In this document: in pieces, positions 27,100 to 40,341 of the stretch
Position numbering within the stretch: position 1 is the stretch's first letter
Layout: each line of letters opens with the position of its first letter
Source: Octopus vulgaris
Taxonomy: Eukaryota
Assembly: GCA_951406725.2 (NCBI GenBank)
Contig: OX597821.1
Coordinates: forward strand, 1,426,001-1,490,000
DNA: 64,000 nucleotides
Reading direction: 5' to 3'
Notes under the pieces: model-generated
The model's database searches: none
Seen by the model: only the letters and a program-made list of their open reading frames with translations
What the model was told of the DNA's origin: nothing
Position numbers and translations under genes: made by a program

Positions 27100-28296
27100 C
27101 TGTATTATGAATGCATGTCTGTATACGGACATATATTCATATATTTACATATTTTGCACAAATGGGAAGCTGTTTCATACAATTCATACAGTGTATTTCT
27201 GAATTTATGAAGCTTCTAAAGACACACCCTACCCACCAAAAAAAAAACAGGAAAAAAAACAGAAGCAAAAAACAAAAACAAAACATCTCTCATATTTCTT
27301 TTAATGTATAAATGTAACGTTAATCATATCAGAAACATACAGAATATTCGGACATGATAAATTCAGACACATTACATATTATATTATCTTTTGTTTATGT
27401 TACTAGTTACTGCTTTGTATTCATTCACTTATTTATGTTTTTATTCTTCTTTATATTATGGATTCGTTATTGTAGCTACATATCTCTAAAACGAATGCTG
27501 ATATATTTCCGAAATATTCATCCGAATTCATTACTGTTGCGTTGCAATAGAATAATATAATATCTGACGTGGAAATTAGTATTTCAATAGAATCAGTTCC
27601 TGACATTTTATGAATTCTTCACTGTCCTCACTGTCGAAGTGCACTGATTTAATATTGTATGAACATCTCAATTTAGTATTCTTGAAGCGCAATGAAAATT
27701 TAAATTCCACACATCGGCGAACAAAATCGTAATAAATATTTAAAAAAATAATACAAAGGAAAAAAACGACAGAAAAACACACACCAAAACAAAACAAAAC
27801 AAACAAAGTCACACAAAGCAAAACCAAATAAAAAAGATTATTATTTTAATCCTGCTTGACAGCCCCCTGTGTTTGTGGTATGAATGCCCACCTCTCATTA
27901 GTTTTATATTCTTGTCCCCGATACATTTTTGTTTGTTTTGTTCAAGCCTTAGTATTTTGTTAGTATTTGTTATACAGGAATAAATAACTAAAAGAAATAA
28001 AATAGAAACAAAAACAAAAAGATAAACAAAGTAGAAGAGTCATTGATGTGTTTGGGATTAGCTAATGTCAGTAAAGTCAGCAAATAGCGGATTCTGATGA
28101 AAATACTACCTTTGTAAATGATATCAAATCCTCTATGAACGAACGATGGAATGGAATATCATTTTTTCTCTTGTCATTATATACATGAATTATTTCGACA
28201 ACAATTTATCTCGACCAATGCACACACACATACATATATGTGTGTGTGTGCGTGTGTTTGTATGTATATAAATGTATGTATATATATTATATGCAT

Positions 28297-28339
<43 letters not shown>

Positions 28340-28451
28340 CACATATATATATATATACACATATATACATATACATGTATATATACCTATGTGTACACAC
28401 ACACATGTATATATAAATATAAATGTATATAAGTGTTTATGTGTGTATGTG

Positions 28452-28514
<63 letters not shown>

Positions 28515-29140
28515 TTATGTGTTTGTGTATGTATGTATGTATGTATATATGTATGTATACTTGTTGGTTACCTCATATAATATGCAGCAGACGTTAATAT
28601 GAATAAAAACTGAAGTAGATATTTTTTTCGACTAAAACCTTTTTTCGACAGCATGTCCACTGTCCAATGACTGAAACTTGTATAAGAGAAGAGAGAAGAG
28701 GTAAACATATGCAACTTATGCCCCGCCCCACTCATTCTCTCCGTGCTGTGCTTTCAATGAGTATCTAACATGCGTCGGTGTTCAGTTTACTAGGCCACAT
28801 CAAAGCGAAAACTGATCTTTTCTGAGCATCAGTTACTGCACTGTCGATGAGTTGAGACTGAGAACAGGCACTCGATGTGCCCAATATGTAACTTTAGATT
28901 CCTTCATTCTCAGTTTACGGTTTAAGATTAAAATATCCTTGCAAATGAAAGTAAATTATAGGCCTTATTAACAGTGGGGATGGCCTTTAGTAAACGCATA
29001 TAACATACATAATTTCATTTGCATATCAGATTGAATAAATTAATTATTTTAATCTAGCTTATCGATGTCGACTCAATGGTAACTATGTATGTATATAGTG
29101 TCCTCAATGGAATAAAACCATGCAGAACCCTTATCTCTCC

Positions 29141-29340
29141 TCAGCACCAGATTTCATCACTGATGACCTTCGAAAAAAGATCCAGATCAACTTCCAACTG
29201 TTCTTTGAGTTCACGACACGCATTCAGTCGTGACTGCTTTTGATCTTTTGTGAGCAAGCGAGGCACAAATTTTGTTGCAACCCTTTTCATTCGCAATTCC
29301 TCGCTCGAAAACCGTTGGCCAGAGCTCGAGGACACACCAT
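29141..29340 (-). pseudogene. mariner transposase fragment (WVPHEL-like linker to first catalytic Asp)
   Basis: LRMKRVATKFVPRLLTKDQKQSRLNACREL...FSKVISDEIWC. Confidence 0.85.
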
Positions 29341-30406
29341 TCTTATCAACAAGTGGATAAACTCAGGAGTATAGCATACTCCAAACTCTGGTACAAAGAC
29401 AAGCTGCCGCTGAGTTTTACCTTATGTCACTGCACCGTATTTCTTAATGCTTTTCGGAGCATGCTGATATCGACATAAATTTAGAGAAGTTAGCCTAACA
29501 CATTCATATGTCCTTCTGTTGCTTATCATGAAGTCTCTTCAGATCCCACACTAACAACATGTCCCATGTATTTTCCCCTCGATCAAAAACCTCATTATTC
29601 CCGCCCTTCCAGTTTATCCTGTATCAGTATTCTGTATCATTTTGTTAGAAGGGTTATTTACCACGAATATCTTACGAATTTCTTTCCCCTACCTTCAGAC
29701 GGAACCATCAGAAAAAGGCCAAACCAAGGAATCACTTAACAGTTTGCAGTGTCCTTTTAGTTTTAACTAAGTGTCGAAAGCCTGAACTACCTCTTTACAA
29801 ACCAGACGGCCCGAGCCATTTGTAAATTCAGTGCACTGGTCAAGAAAAAATATTTCTGTTCGGTAAAAGAATACGGACCATTAGCCACACAACAGTTTAT
29901 CCGATACTTTATCCTCTTAACCAAAAGCTCTTTGATACATATTTTTACAAAGCCATCATGGAGTGATGTTCATTCATTCCTTGAAACTTTCGGTATAAGA
30001 TTGGTAAAAATCCCTATTTGGGATTAAAAAATAAGGAAAAAAATGACATAAAAGGAGAAGATCCCCATGGAAAGCAGGTACTTCAAAACAACGAGTGAGA
30101 CTGACACCTTTACATTCGGAGGGAATTTAAGAATGCTGACACTCTGGGGTAGGTTAGTGGGTTGATAGTGGACACATTGCGATGTTTAGGTGCAAGATGA
30201 CTAATGAGAGGAAGGGAGAGACTGGAGATTCTTCGTTGAACAAATGCCATCCCGAATTTAAACACTTCGTAAGACTGGCTTTCCAAGGCAATTACTACTC
30301 AATTACTGTCAAATTATTCCTTGTAAAAATTAAAGTAATTATTTACGAAATGCATTCGGTGATTAATGGCTTACTGTATATGTGTGTTCTACTATCATTT
30401 ATCATG

Positions 30407-30464
<58 letters not shown>

Positions 30465-31164
30465 TTAAGAGCCCAAGGTGAACGTACGCCGGTATATTTT
30501 ATATAAAAAAATACAAAAATGGGACAAGAACGCAAGACATCCAGGCAGTTAAGTGAAGCAAAATGGAACAACAAAATATCCAGACAAACGATACAAAGAA
30601 AACAAGGACGGATCATTCGGAGTTTTCTATCCTCAGTCGACTTCCAGATTATCGTTGCAATTTCGGCTGGTTATACTCGAGATTGCTCCAATCTGGCCAG
30701 CCCCGAGGAAAAAATAAGCTAAGAGCATTAGATTCCACAGAAGAAAGCAGCGAATATTTACGAAAACAACGACGAAACAAAAAACAAACAAAAAAAAACA
30801 GAGAAATGTGACACAAATAAAAATGCAATTAACAGGACATAACAACAAGTGTATTTCGAGTAAGGACGAAATAAATTAAGCTGGCGTGTGTGAATGTAAA
30901 CCTTACGGCAAGTAATAAGATTTAACATGCACAGGAAGGAATACAGATGTTGCACGAAAGTCAGGCCTGGCCGAACACCGGTCACGTGGAGAGAGAAAAG
31001 AGAGAGAGATAGAGGCAGAGGGATTGGAGAATTAAGGAGGGGCGAGAAAAAATGAAAGAGACACAGGGAAGTGAAAAAAGGAAAGTGAGCATGAAGAGAA
31101 GGCCAGGAAATGTGAGAGAGGGGGAATGAAAGAAAGAAAGAATATATATATATATATTATATAT

Positions 31165-31560
31165 TACTTGTCTCAGTCACTAGTGCGCTGCCATGCTGGG
31201 GCACCGCCTTAAAGAATTCTAATTGATCGAATCGGCCCCAACATTTATCCAGTTTAAGCCTAGTCCTTACTCTGTCTTATGGCGAACCGCTAGTTTTACA
31301 GGGACGTAAACACACGAACACCGTTCGTTAAAAGTTGATGGGGGCACATAGACACAGTTACACACACTCACACAAACACGTACACACATGCACAAACACA
31401 CCTTTACACACACACATATATAAACAATAGGCTTCGTTCACTTTCACATACGGAAGCCATTCACTAGATTTTGGCCGGTAGGAGGCTCTACTGAAAAATA
31501 TTTGGCCAATGTAACATACTATGAAACTGAACTCGAAGCCATGTGGTTGGGATGCAAGAT
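31165..31560 (-). mobile_element. SINE family B (diverged)
   Basis: ccatgctggggcaccgcctt...gggacgtaaacacac...ccatgtggttgg. Confidence 0.75.
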
Positions 31561-31581
31561 TCTTTCTCCACAATATCACAC

Positions 31582-31979
31582 CTGTATCAAATGGATGCAG
31601 CACAAATGTCATTAACACCAATGCCAACACAGGGACACACCTTAAAATTTGTTGGATCTTGTGAATCCAAATTTAGAATTCGCCTGGACAACAACAGATC
31701 TTCTTTCAGGGACCCAGAGAGACGCAACACACAACAACACTCACAGCATACGTATGGTGCCTAAAGGACGATCACACGCCCTTTAACATCAGGTGGAAAT
31801 TACTGGAAACTTGTGGACACAATCGCAATGGAACAAGACTGTATAAATTGTGTATGCCAGAAAGATATATTGTCCTCATGGACTCACATGAGCCAGGAGG
31901 CCACCTGAACTCCAGAATGGAAGCCGTGGGGTGTTGTCCACATTTTTGGAAGTTTTTACTTCAAAATTGGAAATTCTAG
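31582..31979 (+). pseudogene. Penelope-like element GIY-YIG endonuclease C-terminal fragment (Naiad-like pattern)
   Basis: LYQ...FVGSCESKFRIRLDNNRSSFR, frameshift at ~31730, then TTLTAYVWCLK..FNIRWKLL..KLCMPER..LNSRMEAVGCCPHFWKFLL*. Confidence 0.75.
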
Positions 31980-32098
31980 TTATCAAGCGAAGGAAGACAA
32001 CTTGCCCGGCCATAATTTTTAAGAGGAATATTTCTTGAACTATCAACGGCGTTCTTGCGATTAAAAAAAAAAATAATTTTTTGCAGAGAACGGTTATC

Positions 32099-32163
32099 GT
32101 TTAGAGAAACTAAAAAGATCTCTAGTTCATGCTAGATATGAAACCAATGGGTTTTTTCTAAAC
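32099..32163 (+). ncRNA. Decayed hammerhead relic downstream of the GIY-YIG fragment
   Basis: gtttagagaaa | ctaaaaa | ..tctag ttcatg ctaga.. | GAAA-ccaatggg-t | tttttctaaac: 11-bp stem I intact, core mutated. Confidence 0.55.
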
Positions 32164-32178
32164 TATTACGTTACACAT

Positions 32179-32229
<51 letters not shown>

Positions 32230-32230
<1 letters not shown>

Positions 32231-32381
32231 ATCGCCACCAACCCCACTGACGGAGCCTCGTGGATGTTTAGGTGATTTAGCTCAATACACACTCACAACG
32301 CTCGGTCCAGTCTGGGAATCGAAACCGCGATCCTACGACCGCGAGTCCGCTGCTCTAACCACTGAGCCATTGCGCCTCCAC
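32230..32381 (-). mobile_element. SINE family C, truncated (head and body 2)
   Basis: gaaaccgcgatcctacgaccgcgagtccgctgctctaaccactgagccattgcgcctccac. Confidence 0.8.
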
Positions 32382-32863
32382 CTCCACAGAGAGAGAGAGA
32401 GAGAAATTGCTTACCGTCATGGAAATTCTTATAGTGGAAGAAAAGGAATTTTTAACTCCTATTTCTAATTTTGGTATGTGGTGAAGCAGTTAGCTGAACC
32501 CTAATTATAATTATAATTATATATATAGGCATGATTTTGGGGTAAGAGGTTTGCCTCACAACTACATGGTTACGAGTTCACATCCTGTTCCAGGATGAAA
32601 ATACTAGGAACCAGAGACGCGAGCTCTTAGATTCCCGCGGGTGCGCCACGAAGTTTGAAATGTCCACTGATAAAATACCGTATGGTTAAAATGTTTTGAC
32701 ATTCAGAATATCTTGACTGTCGCATTTGAATTTCACTTTACCTCTTATAGTTATTTTCTATTACAATACTAGTGCATACAGTTCTATATTTAAGAGATGA
32801 GGAATTATGTACATTATTTTCGGCTGAAATACACACACACACACACACACACACACAATACAC

Positions 32864-32926
<63 letters not shown>

Positions 32927-33291
32927 CAAGCGATTCAGTATTGTCTCAATAGACAATGAATACTACAGAGCAGATAGAGGATTGCTTCATGATCATATTT
33001 TGCAATATAAGGAAGCGGAATAAGTATATTCAAAGACTAAGCTGTTATCTCTTGCTATGGCTGGCTGTTCAGTTATTATTTCTGAAAATTCATGAAACGA
33101 CTCTCAGGTAAATTGTGCAAAATATTCTTTTTCATTATCGTTGTTTTATATTTGAATTATTACTTGAGTATGATTCTTCAGTATTTTGTAATCATTGTTA
33201 TTTTTCGTATATTTGAACAATAAATATTACACACTCACTCATACACGCATACCTGTGCATTCTTTGTATCTATCTAGCTATCTATCTATCG

Positions 33292-33342
<51 letters not shown>

Positions 33343-33353
33343 CTATAAATGTA

Positions 33354-33417
<64 letters not shown>

Positions 33418-33536
33418 TACATACACTCATACACACACCTCTGTGCATTCTTTGTATCTATCTATCTATCTATCTATCGATCTATCTATCTGTATGTATA
33501 TATATACATATTTCTGTTTGTATATATGTATATACG

Positions 33537-33597
<61 letters not shown>

Positions 33598-34081
33598 ATA
33601 TACATAAATATATATATACACACACATATATATATAAATATCTATATACAAGTAATTATATATATATATACATACATCCATCCATATATATATATATGTG
33701 TGTGTGTGTATGTAGGTATGTAGGTATGTATGTATGTGTTATGTACATAAACAGAGAAAGAGAAAGCGACGTAAGAGCTGAAAGAGCGAGGCACAGGCAG
33801 TCATATTTGCAAAAGCTGTACAAGTGCAAACCCCCTTCAGTTTGAATGCAACCATTAATATTATATTGTTTTTTGTTTTCTTTCTTTAGTTTCTTCGTTA
33901 GTAAAACCTATCTGAATTGTATGAGGAATGGGCGGGAGAAACCATTCAATGCTCTGTAGACATCGACTCTGCCAACTCGTGGAAACCAAACAAAAGTAGG
34001 AAAAAGGAAAGAACGAGGGGCAGAAAGAAACGAGCAAACACGCAATAAAAGAAGGAAACAACCAAACTCTCACACACGCGC

Positions 34082-34132
<51 letters not shown>

Positions 34133-34828
34133 CGTATAGGTGCGCGCGTGTGTTTGTGTATACATATACATAAATATCGATATGTATGTGTATGTGTATG
34201 TGGACATAAATGTGTACATACATATGTATTTATATACATTTATATACATACATATATAGATATACATGTGTGTGCATATTTCTGTATGTATAAACTAATA
34301 AGTATTCATGAAGAAAATAGGAGGGAGAATGCACCGAAAGTATATCAGACTTAAAGGAACATTCTGTCGAAAGTGTTGCAAAATTTGCCTTAAATATTTT
34401 TGACAAGAATTTCGTTTCCATAACTTCACGCATTCAAACATCTGCAATCATTAGTGAACAGAAAACTTCCATAATTCTTATGAGGCATACAAAATGTCTT
34501 TTATAAGTGTTTTTTGTTTCTTTGGTTTTGTTTTTCCTGTTTTTGTGTTGTTATTGAAGCTGTTTACTCGTATTGGTGTGAACACGGGAGGTTTTGACAT
34601 TTTCTTGGTTTCGAAAATTGCATTAGGTTTTTATTCACTTCTCTAGCAGCAGTTAGAATGAAGATACAAAGATAAAGAAAAAAATACAAAGGAAAACCCA
34701 AAACAAACAGAACAAAAGCGGAAGTAGAAACATAAAAGAAATCAAGAACAAAGGCAATAAAAAGATAGTTTTGAATCCTGAAAGACAAACCAACTCCACA
34801 AAAGACAAAATGATTGAAACGTTTGAAC

Positions 34829-34829
<1 letters not shown>

Positions 34830-34906
<77 letters not shown>

Positions 34907-34907
34907 G

Positions 34908-34974
<67 letters not shown>

Positions 34975-34979
34975 CTCTC

Positions 34980-35074
<95 letters not shown>

Positions 35075-35100
35075 GTCTGTCTGTCTGTCTGTCTGTCTGT
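34830..35100. repeat. (TATC)n/(TGTC)n microsatellite
   Basis: Direct reading. Confidence 0.95.
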
Positions 35101-36082
35101 GTTTCTATGTATGTATATCTATTCATTTCTTTCTTCCTTCATATATATATATATATATATATGAGGGAATATCATTCCAAACTTACAGGGAAAAATTCAA
35201 TTTAGAAATACTAAATCAAATTTCACAAAATATAATATATATATAAATTAGAAAAAAACCACCTTTTATCAATTCAAACTTAAAAATTAAATTGCACCAT
35301 CTAGAAAATTACATATAACAGAAAGATTAAATATACGATAAAAAATATAACGATGATTAAGTAATGTGCAAAATAATAAATAAAACGTAAATATTTGGTA
35401 GAATAACGACACGTGTTTCGTGGCTATATTTAAGAAATGATTATAGTAAAAATATTAGATGCTACATTAATAATATAGTTAGTTAATGTAATGGGTCTGT
35501 GTGTTTGTGAATCATTTCCTATTTTTGATTCCAGTATGTATAACCTGTACTAGCATTGGGTATATTAATTTAGACACTTAGACCTATTTTTATACATTTA
35601 AAATCCAGTCATATTAATTTTATCGATAAGCTTAGTAACGTTTGTTTATCAATATTATTTAGATTTTGCATTATATTGAGTTTGATTGTTGTTATTATTA
35701 TTATTGTTATTGACTTGGTTTGTAGTGGGATGTAGGTTGTAGTTGAATGTCTTCACAGTGTATTGTTCATTTGTTCTTATATTTTTCGTACCTTTCTTTA
35801 ATTCATGGGGCTTAGATGTTTTTCGTATTTTTTATTAGTAAATAGTTTTCGCCATTTTCATTGATAATTTATTCTATTTGTTTACACTAAGTTTCCACGC
35901 GTTTAATTTTTATAAACACTGAGACCTATATATTTTTTACGTTTAAAATTCAGTTATATTATTTTCATCGACAAGCTAAGTAACGGTTTTTGCTTATAAA
36001 TATTATCTGGCTTTTGAATTAGATTGTGTTTGATTATTATTGTTATTATTATTGTTGTAGAAATATTATTAGTTTTTATATA

Positions 36083-36307
36083 CTCTTTACTCTTTACTCT
36101 TTTACTTGTTTCAGTCATTTGACTGCGGCCATGCTGGAGCACCGCCTTTACTCGAGCAACTCGATCCCGGGACTTATTCTTTTGTAAGCCCAGTACTTAT
36201 TCCATCGGTCTCTTTTGCCGAACCTCTAAGTAACGGGGACATAAACACACCAGCATCGGTTGTCAAGCAATGCTAGGGGGACAAACACAGACACACAAAC
36301 ACACACA

Positions 36308-36344
<37 letters not shown>

Positions 36345-36477
36345 GACGGGCTTCTTTCAGTTTCCGTCTACCAAATCCACTCACAAGGCTTTGGTCGGCC
36401 CGAGGCTATAGTAGAAGACTCTTGCCCAAGGTGCCACGCAGTGGGACTGAACCTGGAACCATGTGGTTGGTAAACAA
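36083..36477 (-). mobile_element. SINE family B (well conserved, lacks extreme 5' end)
   Basis: Reverse complement of the family B pattern. Confidence 0.9.
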
Positions 36478-36986
36478 GATAGTTATAAGTTATGATACTT
36501 ATTAATTATGATATCTATTTATTTATAATGCTTTATTATTATTTTTATAAAGGGATATAACGTATTACATATAATTTGATTTAATAATTAATTTTGTTAG
36601 ACAATATATTATTTAATAATTAGGTGGTATATTTATCAAGTAGTATTACAGTTAAGTAAATTAGTTTTTATATAATTGATATTTTGGTCAACTATATTAT
36701 TGAGTGATATATTAAATCTATAGATACTACATATATATTAATTATATAGTTAGTTTATATAATGGGTGTGTCTATATTTGAACCATTTCTTATTTTTGAT
36801 TCCAGTATTTATGGCTTGTACTAGCATTGTGTATATTAATTAATATTAAGGTTTTTGTATTATTTGTTTAATGGGTAGTAGACTTTATTTGGATGTTTAT
36901 TAAATAAATCTATTAATTAATAATTTGATTTAATGTATATAGTTTAAAGTGTTGTACTTAGGTTTTACTTAATGTATATTTTGTAT

Positions 36987-37028
<42 letters not shown>

Positions 37029-37102
37029 AAAGAATATATTTATTTTTAAAAGATTATTTACGTATATTTATTAATTAATTATTTTATTATTGTAGTTATC
37101 TT

Positions 37103-37206
37103 TAACCTGATGAGTGGCTATATTTATATTGAAGTGATTTTACTACTACTACTAATATTTTTACTATAATAATTTCTTAAATATAACCACGAAACACGTG
37201 TCGTTA
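37103..37206 (+). ncRNA. Type I hammerhead ribozyme motif (canonical core, long stem II loop)
   Basis: taac | CTGATGA | gtggctatattt...aaatataaccac | GAAA | c-acgt-g | TC | gtta; palindromic acacgtgt; predicted cut after 37202. Confidence 0.85.
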
Positions 37207-37964
37207 TTCTACCAAATATTTACGTTTTATTTATTATTTTGCACATTACATTAAAATGGAATAAAAATCATCGTTATATTTTTTATCTTATATTTAACTT
37301 TCTATTATATGTAATTTTCGAGATGGTGTAATTTAATTTTGAATTTTGAATTGATAAAATGTGTTTTTTTCTAATTTATATATATATATGTCTGTTTGTT
37401 TTTATGATCATTTATAGTAAAAACAATTTTAGATTGATCTGATGGGTTATTCTATACTTCTGTAGAGTACAAATTTACTATTCTTAAACAAAAATGTTTT
37501 TGGTGGTGACTTCAAATATTCGACCTGGTTAACCATTGTCGGACGTTAGAGTTTCTGCTGAATTAAAATCTTTCTTCGGTGAGCGGGTCTGAAAGAGGTG
37601 ATGAATTATCGGGTTGCTTGTTATAGAAAGGAGTTTTGGATAATCTTTAGCTGATTAAACTTGGGGTTTAGAATTTATCCATGCCTATAAAACTTTGTAA
37701 ACAACTCTGTATATGTTTCTGCATTGTTAAGTAGGCACAAAGTGTGACAGTATTTTTGTTGCTTTTGGTATTATTGGATTTAATACTTTTCTTTGACAAT
37801 GGTAAACCTCAAGTTACAAAGTACTTAATCCTTTATTAATTGGGTGCGTCAAATGTAAATAATGTAAATAAAACTAGATATGGTTTCACCTCCCCAGATA
37901 AATACAAAATTTATTAGTCATGGTAACGCAATAGATTACTTTATATTTCATATATATATATACA

Positions 37965-38156
37965 CTCTTTTACTTGTTTCAGTCATTTGACTGCGGCCAT
38001 GCTGGAGCACCGCATTTAGTCGAGCAAATCGACCCTGGGACTTATTCTCTGTAAGCCCAGTACTTATTCTATCGGTCTCTTTTGCCGAAACGCTAAGTGA
38101 CGGGTACGTAAACACACCAGCATCGGTTGTCAAGCAATGCTAGGGGCACAGACACA

Positions 38157-38207
<51 letters not shown>

Positions 38208-38215
38208 GTATAAAT

Positions 38216-38250
<35 letters not shown>

Positions 38251-38411
38251 CGACGGGCTTCTTTCATTTTCCGTCTACCAAATCCACTCACAAAGCATTA
38301 GTCGGCCCGGGGCTATAGTCGAAGACACTTGTCCAAGATGCCACGCAGTGGGACTGAACCCGGAATCATGTGGTTGGTTAGCAAGCTACTTACCTCACAG
38401 CCACCCCTGCG

Positions 38412-38415
<4 letters not shown>
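37965..38415 (-). mobile_element. SINE family B, full length
   Basis: Reverse complement of the family B pattern. Confidence 0.9.
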
Positions 38416-38444
<29 letters not shown>

Positions 38445-38475
38445 TCTGCGTGTGGCATTTATGTGTAATAATGCC

Positions 38476-38542
<67 letters not shown>

Positions 38543-38545
<3 letters not shown>

Positions 38546-38795
38546 CTCAGGTGTGGCTGCGCGGTGAGAAGCCTGCTTCCCAACCACATGGTTCCGGGTT
38601 CAGTCCCACTGCGTGGCTCCTTGTGAATGGATTTAGATCCCTTGCAACTAGCTGTTCGGCAAAGATGACGATAGAATAAGTACTAGGCTTACAAAGAATA
38701 AATCCTGGGATCGATTTCTTCGACTAAAACCCTTTAAGGCGGTGCTCCAGCATGGCCGCAGTCAAATGACTGAAACATATAAAAGAGTAAAAGTG
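38543..38795 (+). mobile_element. SINE family B, internally deleted; head-to-head with the previous copy
   Basis: Head joins the tail at ~38640 without the microsatellite segment. Confidence 0.85.
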
Positions 38796-40341
38796 TAAAC
38801 ACAGACACACACTACTTGTCTATGTGCATATATATATATATATATGTCTCTATATCCACATATCTATATCTACATATGTAGGTGTGAGTATGTGTGTGTT
38901 TTTCGAGAATGGACATGAGACAACGTGATAATACGAACTAATTGTTAACGAGCAATACCCTGGGTGACATTCTGCACAGAAATCAAATGATAATCTCGTC
39001 AGTGAAATGAACCGCTTCACAAATGACGAAAATGGAAACGTTGTTGCTCCCTGCACAACCCTTTGCCGAAAATCTTACTCTTGTTCTTCCTCCTAGTCAG
39101 CCTTCAATAATTCTAACTAAACCATTATGAGCCGCACCTCTCACTCTCTCTCTCTTTCTCAACTCCCTCTTTCCCCTCTCTCAACCCCCTCTTCTCCCTG
39201 TCCCTCTCTCTCTCCTTACTATTCAGACCACCTGTTGTTTAATTCTCTTCATATTGATAGTATATTTTCCAATAAATCTGACCTTTCACTAATATCTGTC
39301 AATATATGCTATTTTTGCAAAACCTCTCACAGCAAGCTAATATTCTTTATTGCTTACGCAGCATTCTTCCTCTTCCATCAACATATTCCATTATTATTTT
39401 CTTTCTTTCCCTCTTTCTTCAATCTATTTTTTCTTTTATCTTCTGTTGCTAAGCACTGATCCTGTTCAGCGTTAATACATTATCCTGGTTTTAGCCGAGA
39501 GATGTTTTTGTCAGCCACACTTAGCTCACCTGTTAATTTTTATATTCTCTTACGTCATATATTTCCTATCAATTTTATCTTAATAACTTTTCTCTCAAAG
39601 GGAGTGGGTTCACATAATCTTTGAGGTTCAGTCAAAATTGCTTGCGGTAAATGTTTCAGTTCTTTACGCTCCGAGTTCGAGTACCACCAACGGTAGCTGT
39701 ACTTTTGATTTTTTGGAAATCGATAAGATGCGATACCCTCCAAATGCGATATTGATTGATTTATCTTCGTCACGGTTGATTTGATTGATACACCCCAATC
39801 AGTCGGGTTACACAGTACGGGTTGTACCATTCATCTTTCCTATCGCTGAATACAAAAGGCAGTTCGTGAGACTTCCGATCGGATGATTTTCCTGTGTCCC
39901 CGCCTTACTTTTGTAAGGCGTCTCTAGGTCACCCATTTATAGTCGAGTAGAGACAAGAGCGACGAGTGAAGTGTTTTGACCAATAACGCAACGGACATCC
40001 GGTTTGGGAGTCGAAATCACGATCTCGCGATCAATAGTGTATCACCCTGACCAAAACCCGCGATCGATTACGGCGGTGAATAGGTAGACTCGTTGTAGTG
40101 TCTATTCCGGTTTTTCCGTTCTAAGTTCAAATGCAACCGAGCTCAGATTTGCCATTCATCGTTCCAGCTCGATAAAAAGAAGGACCAACAAAGTACTGTG
40201 GCCAGTTTAATCAAATGTCCATCCTCATCACTCTTAAGTCCTCTCCCTAACGAAATCGATGAAACTAGACATTTCTTGGACTGCTCCATCCTGTGGATGG
40301 ACTGCTATATAAAAGCTCTTGTAAAACTTTCTGCATTGTGA

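Larger units (their letters stand above)
35162..37380. mobile_element. ~2.2 kb non-coding AT-rich family G element with inverted termini, internal direct repeats and a canonical hammerhead
   Basis: Arms ~35243-35458 and ~37152-37380 are inverted; direct repeats ~35458-35570 / ~36722-36842 and ~35572-35700 / ~35915-36060; SINE B nested inside. Confidence 0.8.

Noticed and set aside
29160-29180. ctgatga-ccttc-gaaa hammerhead-like string
   Set aside because: No stems; it is the antisense of mariner coding sequence.
30615-30712. Minus-strand hairpin followed by GAAA-ttgcaa and a later CTGAGGA
   Set aside because: The core elements could not be assembled into a valid hammerhead topology.
37400-37900. 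Faint GIY-YIG-tail-like peptide on - (YCHTLCL)
   Set aside because: Too degenerate to support.
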